A stretch of DNA of 64,000 nucleotides from Parcubacteria group bacterium. Lineage in GTDB: Bacteria; Patescibacteriota; Minisyncoccia; Moranbacterales; UBA11712. The DNA lies in NCBI GenBank assembly GCA_041659685.1, contig JBAZXV010000004.1:6355-70354 (forward strand), written 5' to 3'. The translations under genes were made by a program, and so were the position numbers. The notes under the pieces were generated by a model that was not told the DNA's origin, made no database searches, and saw nothing but the letters and a program-made list of their open reading frames with translations. Below, piece after piece: positions 56,983-64,000 of this stretch. Positions within the stretch are counted from its first letter, which is position 1; each line of letters begins with the position of its first letter.

Positions 56983-57819
56983 ATGGAAAATCACAAAAAA
57001 TACATTTATATAGCAATCGCCATTTTCTTTTTTTTGCTTACCGGATTGGTTTTGTTTCAGCAAAAGATGATTTCCAATTTAAATAGTAAAGTCGGGAAGA
57101 TTGGACAAGCTGGATCAGGCAATCAGGTCAACATGGATACGAGTAAGAAAACTATTGTAGCGGCCGTCAAAAAGACCATAACGGAAAACGCAAACTCGGT
57201 AGAGGGGATTATTCGGTCAAAAACGGAAAATTCATTTGTGATTGATGCGGAGGTTGCCGATATCTCAAAGCTAGAAGGCCAAAAAGAAGAAAATTTAATT
57301 AAAGGAGATTCTTTGCCAAAAATAAAAAAAAGCTTCACCGTGGTCGTAAACGATCAAACCCATTTTCCTGACATAGGAAAGATCGGTTTCAAGCAAATTC
57401 CAGTCGGAGTGAAAGTTAGAGTGATGTGCGGTCAATCAGTCTATATTTCTGACAATCTGACAGCGTCCGAGATATATATTCTCACAAAGCTGAATATCCC
57501 TCCCTCAGAATATATCAAGCAGGAAAAAGATATTGCCGGCAAAATAACTGAAATTAATGAAAAATATCTCAAAATTGAAGTTAATTGGCTGGTTTATTCA
57601 AAAGATGTTGAGCCAAATAGGGAAAAATTTTGGGAGAATCCGACAGTGACTAAGGAATATAAGGTTAATATCGATGATAAAACCATCTTCCAAGGTGACC
57701 GGAACAGCCTCAAGGTTAATGACGTGGTTAAAGCTTTTTCAGCAACGCCGACCTTTTCTTTGACTGAGTTTACTGCGACGAAGATTGAGTGGCCGGTTCA
57801 AATGACGACGGCTGAATAG
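56983..57819 (+). CDS. Membrane-anchored partner with two OB-fold/DUF5666-like repeats
   Basis: Paralog of 54238; ends PTFSLTEFTATKIE. Confidence 0.8.
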   Translation: MENHKKYIYIAIAIFFFLLTGLVLFQQKMISNLNSKVGKIGQAGSGNQVNMDTSKKTIVAAVKKTITENANSVEGIIRSKTENSFVIDAEVADISKLEGQKEENLIKGDSLPKIKKSFTVVVNDQTHFPDIGKIGFKQIPVGVKVRVMCGQSVYISDNLTASEIYILTKLNIPPSEYIKQEKDIAGKITEINEKYLKIEVNWLVYSKDVEPNREKFWENPTVTKEYKVNIDDKTIFQGDRNSLKVNDVVKAFSATPTFSLTEFTATKIEWPVQMTTAE

Positions 57820-57868
57820 AGAGAAAATTCCATGTTTTTAGAAATAATTACTCCTAACATTAAGTATT

Positions 57869-58525
57869 ATGAAAAGAAAAATAAAAAATATAAAATTCCA
57901 CCAAAAGATTACTTTTTGGGTCAGCGTCCTGTTTCTTGGAATACTGGTCGGCGTTTCCATTCAATTCGGCCGCGCTTGGGTTGAGCCTTCCGGAACTCCT
58001 CCGGACGGAAATATCGCCGCGCCAATCAACACGGGGGCGGGCAAGCAAGTCAAAGAAGGAGATATTTGCACCACTGTAACTGGAACGGAGATATGCCTTA
58101 GCGGAGTCGTGAGTTTTCCAACTTGCACTCTCGCGGGCGGCGTTCCGACAACAGTTGGAACAGCGACAATTTGCAAATTCCCCGGCGCCTCATGCCCCTC
58201 AGGATGGAGACAATATTTGAATTATACCGAAACTGCGCCTCGCACTTGCACCGGTGGGGGCAGTTGCGGAACCAGCGTCACGAGCGGATCTCATTCTTTC
58301 GCCAATATTGATCCGGCAACGGAAGCCAGAAGCTATAGTGACGGATCAACCGAATCATTCTCATGCGGATGTTCTTCTTGTTGCACGGGTATGTGCAGCG
58401 GACCGAATGGCTGGATTGTTTGCTGTGGATATGACACTTGCGGCTGCAGTACTTGTTCCCGTTGCGTGGCTACTCCTCGGACTTGTTTGCCGAGTGTCAG
58501 TTTTGCCGGATGCGTCACTAATTAA
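57869..58525 (+). CDS. AWVEP-family exported Cys-rich protein
   Basis: Paralog of 53546 and 56237. Confidence 0.82.
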   Translation: MKRKIKNIKFHQKITFWVSVLFLGILVGVSIQFGRAWVEPSGTPPDGNIAAPINTGAGKQVKEGDICTTVTGTEICLSGVVSFPTCTLAGGVPTTVGTATICKFPGASCPSGWRQYLNYTETAPRTCTGGGSCGTSVTSGSHSFANIDPATEARSYSDGSTESFSCGCSSCCTGMCSGPNGWIVCCGYDTCGCSTCSRCVATPRTCLPSVSFAGCVTN

Positions 58526-58539
58526 ATATTTTTATACAT

Positions 58540-59361
58540 ATGGAAAATCGAACGAAATTCATTATTGTAATTGCCCTTGGAATAACTTTAGTCTTAATCG
58601 GCATCTTATTCGCTTATCAGCAAAAAACGATAACGAATCTGAAAAACGAAGTGAGTGGAATAAAAAAAGACACTTTAAACGATCAGAAAGCGGCCTTAAG
58701 CAGTCCATTTTCAGTAAAAGCTGTTCAAAATACGATAACTGACAATACGAGAAAAATAAAGGGGGTGATAACGGCCAAGAATGAAAATTTGCTTGATGTT
58801 GAAGCAGAAATAGTTGATTTCTCGAAGCTTCCGATGTTAAAAGAGGAAAGCCTGCTGGGGAGTGAAAATTCCCTTCCAAAGATAAAGAAAGACTACAAGG
58901 TGGCAGTCAATGACAAAACCCAATATCCATCAATGGAATATGAAAATTTGTCCGTCGGCATGAAAGTCTCCGTGACTTCGGATGAGCTGGTTTACAAAAG
59001 TGATGATCTGACCGCATCTGAAATTATTATTCCAGTTGCTGTGAAGGCTCCTCTGGGGGATTTCTTGAAGGCAGAAAAAAAAATAAACGGGCAAGTTAAG
59101 GAAATGAATAATAAATACTTGATTGTCGAGGTGCATTGGATGGACTACTCAAAGGTGACTGATCCCAAGAATATAGATTTCGCTGCGGCACCGACAATAA
59201 TTAAAGAATATAAAATATTTATCAACAGCGACACGGTTTTCCCTAATGGAAAAAATGATTTGAAGACCGGGGATAATGTCACTGCCCATTCGGATAATCC
59301 GACATTCTCCGTTACGGAGTTCACGGCGACAAAAATTGAAGGGCCGATTCAGCCGCAATAA
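58540..59361 (+). CDS. Membrane-anchored partner with two OB-fold/DUF5666-like repeats
   Basis: Paralog of 54238; ends PTFSVTEFTATKIE. Confidence 0.8.
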   Translation: MENRTKFIIVIALGITLVLIGILFAYQQKTITNLKNEVSGIKKDTLNDQKAALSSPFSVKAVQNTITDNTRKIKGVITAKNENLLDVEAEIVDFSKLPMLKEESLLGSENSLPKIKKDYKVAVNDKTQYPSMEYENLSVGMKVSVTSDELVYKSDDLTASEIIIPVAVKAPLGDFLKAEKKINGQVKEMNNKYLIVEVHWMDYSKVTDPKNIDFAAAPTIIKEYKIFINSDTVFPNGKNDLKTGDNVTAHSDNPTFSVTEFTATKIEGPIQPQ

Positions 59362-59427
59362 TCGGGCGAAAATAGCGGCATAAATCTGAAATTGATATGC
59401 CGGCTGATAAATTGCCAGGAAATAGTG

Positions 59428-59456
59428 TTGACAATTTATGTTCAATTCTATATTAT
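59428..59456 (+). promoter_or_regulatory. Sigma70 promoter of the str operon
   Basis: TTGACA-N17-TATTAT. Confidence 0.55.
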
Positions 59457-59594
59457 AAGTCTTGCTAGCTGACTGGCAGTTTTATTTATGAATAAAAATA
59501 AAATCTGGCGGGCTAAGTAAATATAAAATTTTACATTTTTGAATTTAGATCGCCTGCAACGTTTTATGCCGTGATGCGGTCAGACGAAATACAC

Positions 59595-60008
59595 ATGCCA
59601 ACAATAAATCAACTGAAAAAAAGACCCAGAAAGGTCCAGAAGAATAAAACGAAATCGCCTGCAATGACGAGGATTTTTAATACGCTCAAAAATCGGCCGG
59701 TTGAAACAAACAGCCCTTTTAAGCGCGGCGTTTGCGTCAAAGTGTCGACCACAACTCCAAAAAAACCGAATTCCGCCCTGCGAAAGATTGCCAGGGTGCG
59801 GCTTACGAACGGAATGGAAGTGACGGCTTATATTCCCGGAATCGGACACAATCTTCAGGAACACTCGATTGTTATGATTCGCGGAGGAAGAGTGCCGGAT
59901 CTTCCGGGAGTTCGCTATCACGTTGTGCGCGGAGTATTGGACAGCGCCGGGGTTACGGACCGAAAAAGAGGAAGATCGAAATACGGAGCGAAACGGCCAA
60001 AAGCCTAA
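59595..60008 (+). CDS. rpsL: 30S ribosomal protein S12
   Basis: [30 protein letters not shown]. Confidence 0.99.
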   Translation: MPTINQLKKRPRKVQKNKTKSPAMTRIFNTLKNRPVETNSPFKRGVCVKVSTTTPKKPNSALRKIARVRLTNGMEVTAYIPGIGHNLQEHSIVMIRGGRVPDLPGVRYHVVRGVLDSAGVTDRKRGRSKYGAKRPKA

Positions 60009-60148
60009 AATGCAAAATGCAAATCTCAAAATTGAAAATGACAGTGTAAAATGTTAAAATGCGTTGAATTATAAAATCATTTTAGCATCGAATAATTTTG
60101 AACTTTGCATTGTCATTTTTCATTTTGATTTTTGAATTTTTAATTTAG
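60007..60148. repeat. Heptamer-periodic inverted repeat (AAAATGC / TCATTTT)
   Basis: aaaatgcaaaatgcaaatc..aaaatgaca...tgtcatttttcattttgatttttgaattttt. Confidence 0.75.
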
Positions 60149-60158
60149 CGAAGCGATT

Positions 60159-60626
60159 ATGCCACGAAGAAAAAGAGTTTATCGAAAAAATTGGAAACCT
60201 GATTCAAAATACGGAAGTCTTATTGTCGGAAGATTTGTCGGTCATTTGATGGAGAGGGGTAAAAGGAGTATCGCGGAAAAAATAATCCATGACTCTTTTG
60301 AGGCGATTCATGAAAGGACAAAAAAGGGAGGTCTTAACGTTTTTGAACAAGCGATCAAGAATGTTTCTCCGTTGGTTGAGCTTAAGTCGCGCCGGATCGG
60401 GGGCGCTAACTATCAGGTTCCGGTTCAAGTTTTGGGCGACCGAAGATCGACTTTGGCCATCAGGTGGATTATCAGCGCCGCAAGGAATAAAAAAGGAAAA
60501 AAAATATCGGAGAAGCTAGCCGACGAACTGATTGACGCTTCTCAAAAACAAGGCTCCGCAATGAAGAAGAGGGAAGATACCCATCGAATGGCGGAGGCAA
60601 ACAAGGCATTTGCCCATTTCGCGTAA
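60159..60626 (+). CDS. rpsG: 30S ribosomal protein S7
   Basis: SRRIGGANYQVP, HRMAEANKAFAHF. Confidence 0.99.
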   Translation: MPRRKRVYRKNWKPDSKYGSLIVGRFVGHLMERGKRSIAEKIIHDSFEAIHERTKKGGLNVFEQAIKNVSPLVELKSRRIGGANYQVPVQVLGDRRSTLAIRWIISAARNKKGKKISEKLADELIDASQKQGSAMKKREDTHRMAEANKAFAHFA

Positions 60627-60643
60627 TTTCGTTGCGCAAAATG

Positions 60644-60778
60644 GAATTTCCAATAACCAAATCCCAATCTCCAGATAAATCCCAATGACAAATGACTAAA
60701 TAACCAAAAGTTTGGTGATTGAAAAATTGGTTATTGAATATTATTTGATTACTGGTGCTTGATTATTGGAATTTTAGA
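60644..60778. repeat. Periodic inverted repeat (CCAAT / ATTGG)
   Basis: ccaataaccaaatcccaatc...tttggtgattgaaaaattggttattg. Confidence 0.7.
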
Positions 60779-60785
60779 CAATTTT

Positions 60786-62873
60786 ATGGCACGAAAATAC
60801 CCAATCGAAAAATACCGAAATATCGGGATTATAGCTCATATTGACGCCGGTAAAACTACTACCACCGAGCGTGTTTTATTTTATACCGGAATTTCCCATA
60901 AGATTGGCGAGGTTCACGAAGGGGAGGCGACGATGGACTGGATGGAGCAAGAGAAAGAAAGAGGGATTACCATAACAAGCGCCGCCACCACTTGTTTTTG
61001 GCGGGATTGCCAGATTAATATTATCGATACCCCGGGGCACGTTGATTTTACGGTTGAGGTGGAAAGAAGTCTTCGGGTCCTTGACGGAGGCGTTGTGGTT
61101 TTTGACGGTAAGGAAGGAGTAGAGCCGCAATCGGAAACTGTCTGGAGGCAGGCCGACAAGTATAACGTTCCAAGACTTTGTTTTATAAATAAAATTGACA
61201 AGGAAGGGGCGGATTTTTTCTTTTCCCTGAATTCGATTTGGAATCGGCTTAGTCCCAAGGCGGTGGCTATTCAGCTGCCCATCGGCCAAAGGAACGAGTT
61301 CAAGGGGGTTGTGGATCTTATGAAGATGAAAGCCCTCTATTTTGAGGGCGATAAAGGCGAAATCGTAAGGGAAGATGAAATTCCTGCGGATCTTGCGGAT
61401 CTGGCGAAAGAATGGCGGGAAAAAATGTCGGAAAGAGTTGCTGAAACAGACGATGCTCTCACGGAAAAATTCCTGAGCGGAGAAGAAATATCGACGGATG
61501 AACTTAAATCGGCCCTAAGAAAAGCAACGGTGTCGGGAAAACTATATCCTGTTTACACCGGAACGGCCCTTCGAAATAAAGGCGTTCAGCCTGTTCTTGA
61601 CGGGGTTGTCGAATATTTGCCTTCTCCCGCTGATATTCCTCCGGCAAAGGGGATTAATGAGAAAACAGGCGAGGAGATCGAAGTAAAAATTGGTGATGAA
61701 GAGCCTTTTTCCGCTTTGGCGTTTAAGGTGGCGACTGATCCTTTTGTGGGGCAGCTTACGTTCTTCCGTGTTTATTCCGGTATGGTCAAAGCAGGATCCT
61801 ATGTCTTGAATTCGACCAAGGGGGAGAGAGAAAGAATTGGAAGGATCCTTCAAATGCATGCCAATCACAGAGAGGAAGTGCAGGAACTATATTCGGGAGG
61901 AATTGGAGCTTTGGTGGGAATGAAATATACAAAAACCGGCGATACTCTTTGCGATCCGGATAAGCCGATAGTGCTTGAATCCATAACTTTTCCGGAACCG
62001 GTTATTAATATTGCAATCGAACCGAAGACAAAAGCCGATCAGGAAAAAATGGGCGTAGCCCTCAGAAAACTTTCCGAAGAAGATCCGACTTTCCGTGTTC
62101 ACACGGATGAGGAAACCGGACAGACGATTATTGAAGGGATGGGAGAACTCCATCTGGATATTATCGTTGACCGGATGAAGCGGGAATTCAAAGTTGAGGC
62201 GAATGTCGGCCGTCCGCAGGTGGCTTACCGCGAGACAATCAAAAAAACGGCTGAAGCGGAAGGAAAATACATCCGCCAATCAGGCGGTCGCGGCCAATAC
62301 GGACATTGCTGGCTTCGCATAGAACCGAATGAACAGGGCAAGGGATTTGAGTTTATAAATGAAATTAAGGGAGGCGTCATTCCTCAGGAATTCATTCCGG
62401 CTATTGAAAAAGGATCGAAAGAAGCGCTTGGGAACGGTATTGTCGCCGGCTATCCGATGGTTGACGTTAAAGTTGCGGTATATGACGGTTCTTTTCACGA
62501 TGTTGATTCTTCGGAAGCCGCCTTTAAGATTGCCGGGTCATTTGCGGTCCAGGAAGCGGCGAAGAGGGCGAATCCTGTTATTCTCGAACCGATTATGAAA
62601 GTAAGCGTGACAACCCCGGAGCAGTTTATGGGGGATGTCGTTGGCGATATTAATTCCAAGCGCGGCCAAATTATGGATATTGAAGACAGAGGAGAAGGCA
62701 ACGCCCGGGTAAAAGTGATCAATTGTCTTGTTCCGCTTGCCTCAATGTTCGGATATGCCACGCAACTCCGTTCAATGTCTCAGGGGCGAGCCAGTTACAG
62801 CATGGAATTTGAACATTACGAAGAAGTCCCTAAGAATGTGGCGGAAGAAATCAAAACCGGAGGAAAAAAGTAA
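60786..62873 (+). CDS. fusA: Elongation factor G
   Basis: [42 protein letters not shown]. Confidence 0.99.
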   Translation: MARKYPIEKYRNIGIIAHIDAGKTTTTERVLFYTGISHKIGEVHEGEATMDWMEQEKERGITITSAATTCFWRDCQINIIDTPGHVDFTVEVERSLRVLDGGVVVFDGKEGVEPQSETVWRQADKYNVPRLCFINKIDKEGADFFFSLNSIWNRLSPKAVAIQLPIGQRNEFKGVVDLMKMKALYFEGDKGEIVREDEIPADLADLAKEWREKMSERVAETDDALTEKFLSGEEISTDELKSALRKATVSGKLYPVYTGTALRNKGVQPVLDGVVEYLPSPADIPPAKGINEKTGEEIEVKIGDEEPFSALAFKVATDPFVGQLTFFRVYSGMVKAGSYVLNSTKGERERIGRILQMHANHREEVQELYSGGIGALVGMKYTKTGDTLCDPDKPIVLESITFPEPVINIAIEPKTKADQEKMGVALRKLSEEDPTFRVHTDEETGQTIIEGMGELHLDIIVDRMKREFKVEANVGRPQVAYRETIKKTAEAEGKYIRQSGGRGQYGHCWLRIEPNEQGKGFEFINEIKGGVIPQEFIPAIEKGSKEALGNGIVAGYPMVDVKVAVYDGSFHDVDSSEAAFKIAGSFAVQEAAKRANPVILEPIMKVSVTTPEQFMGDVVGDINSKRGQIMDIEDRGEGNARVKVINCLVPLASMFGYATQLRSMSQGRASYSMEFEHYEEVPKNVAEEIKTGGKK

Positions 62874-62980
62874 GTTTCTGCAAACTGCAAATCATGCCCG
62901 GATAAAATTTATGTTATTCGGATTTATCGCAAGATATCGATTCATGTGTTCGCATAAAGTGGTAATTTGAAAAGAAATCC

Positions 62981-63247
62981 ATGCTTTCTGAAAATCTGAA
63001 AAATATAATAAAAAAAACCGGAGGAAAGTTCATTATCATTGAAAATGAAAGACCCGAATTCGTCGTGATGGGCTGGGACGAATATGAAAAGAGCTGTTTA
63101 TCCTCGAAAGCGATCCAATTATTGACAGAAGAAGAGCTTATTGATAAGATTAATTCCGATATTGCAATGTGGCGGGAAAACAAAGAGGATGCGAAAGAAG
63201 ATCTCATAAGTGAAATTGAAAAGCTGGAAGATATTGAATATATTTGA
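62981..63247 (+). CDS. Small acidic protein with a Phd/YefM-like N-terminus
   Basis: FIIIENERPEFVVMGWDEYE; acidic tail. Confidence 0.6.
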   Translation: MLSENLKNIIKKTGGKFIIIENERPEFVVMGWDEYEKSCLSSKAIQLLTEEELIDKINSDIAMWRENKEDAKEDLISEIEKLEDIEYI

Positions 63248-63425
63248 ACGCGAACAGCAGAAGCGAACAAATACGAATATTTCTGAGAAATTTGCGCATA
63301 TTTGGTTTAAGTTTAAGGGGACTTGCCAAATTTTAATAAGTAGTTTAAAATGTTTTCGTAGGTATTCTAATACCAAAATCTAATAAATAAGTAAATTTAA
63401 CGAATTGGCATGAATTCGAATTGGT
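63247..63425. repeat. Degenerate inverted repeat (CGAA / TTCG units)
   Basis: gcgaacaaatacgaat...ttcgtaggtattc...acgaattggcatgaattcgaattgg. Confidence 0.4.
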
Positions 63426-63451
63426 TCTATGTCACTTCGGAAAGAAAAAAT

Positions 63452-64000
63452 ATGGCGGCAGTATTCGAAAGAACAAAACCTCATGTAAACGTCGGAACAA
63501 TCGGTCACGTCGACCACGGCAAGACAACTCTTACCGCGGCGATTTTGCACGTTCTCAGTTTTCTTGGGCAGGCTCAGGAAAAAGGCGTCGATGAAATCGA
63601 CAAGGCTCCTGAAGAAAGAGAACGCGGAATAACAATCGCTACGGCTCACTGCGAATATGAATCCGAAAAGAGGCATTACGCCCACGTAGATTGTCCGGGA
63701 CATGCCGATTACATCAAAAACATGATTACTGGCGCCGCTCAGATGGATGGAGCCATATTGGTTGTGAGTGCGACTGATGGTCCGATGCCGCAAACCAGAG
63801 AGCATATTTTGCTCGCAAAACAGGTCGGTGTTCCGGCAATTGTGGTATTTCTGAATAAAGTCGATATGGTGGATGATCCGGAATTGGTTGACCTGGTTGA
63901 AGCGGAAGTACGCGAACTGCTTACGAAATATGAATTTGACGGAGATAACGCTTCCATTATCCGCGGTTCTGCCTTGAAAGCTCTCGAAACCAAGAGTAAA
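63452..64000 (+). CDS. tuf: Elongation factor Tu (5' part, truncated by window edge)
   Basis: [43 protein letters not shown]; missing from the ORF track because the stop lies outside the window. Confidence 0.99.
   Translation, partial: MAAVFERTKPHVNVGTIGHVDHGKTTLTAAILHVLSFLGQAQEKGVDEIDKAPEERERGITIATAHCEYESEKRHYAHVDCPGHADYIKNMITGAAQMDGAILVVSATDGPMPQTREHILLAKQVGVPAIVVFLNKVDMVDDPELVDLVEAEVRELLTKYEFDGDNASIIRGSALKALETKSK

Noticed and set aside
48708-59361. Shufflon
   Set aside because: All cassettes are complete genes on one strand; no invertase and no inverted recombination sites
168-63425. CRISPR array from the periodic repeats
   Set aside because: Units are 7-9 nt, degenerate and inverted, with no unique spacers and no cas genes

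Overview
Bacterial chromosomal window with no CRISPR array, transposase, integrase or prophage. Gene content and style point to a Patescibacteria/CPR genome, probably Parcubacteria (inference). TGA is used as a stop codon. The housekeeping blocks are rpsU-yqeY-ybeY-dgkA-ftsA-ftsZ, nrdR-nrdD-nrdG (with an NrdR box), an ApbE/ferric-reductase cluster, split comEC, adk-like-thyA-four-helix-bundle-DHFR, tRNA-Pro(GGG), an ABC exporter, an ECF sigma locus, rpmB and rpsL-rpsG-fusA-tuf (tuf is cut off). Three things stand out. (1) An 'attenuator island' at about 23.9-34.7 kb holds six clear and one weaker leader-peptide/antiterminator/terminator units (Lys, Phe/Tyr/Trp, Leu/Val, Asn?, Ile twice, Leu?). 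Only two lead into recognisable amino-acid enzymes (a BacA-like prephenate enzyme plus a TyrA-PheA fusion, and CimA). The rest control orphan Cys-rich ORFs. (2) A modular surface-protein array at about 48.7-59.4 kb has exported AW[TV]EP proteins with a constant N-terminus and variable Cys-rich tail. Each is followed by a membrane-anchored OB-fold/DUF5666-like partner, and two larger proteins end in GWIETNP. (3) About a dozen intercistronic long hairpins are built from 7-9-nt tandem units, and one carries a four-helix-bundle (IVS/Avd-like) gene in its loop. Small palindromes are also inserted in frame in several genes. All calls come from reading motifs by eye; no searches were run.
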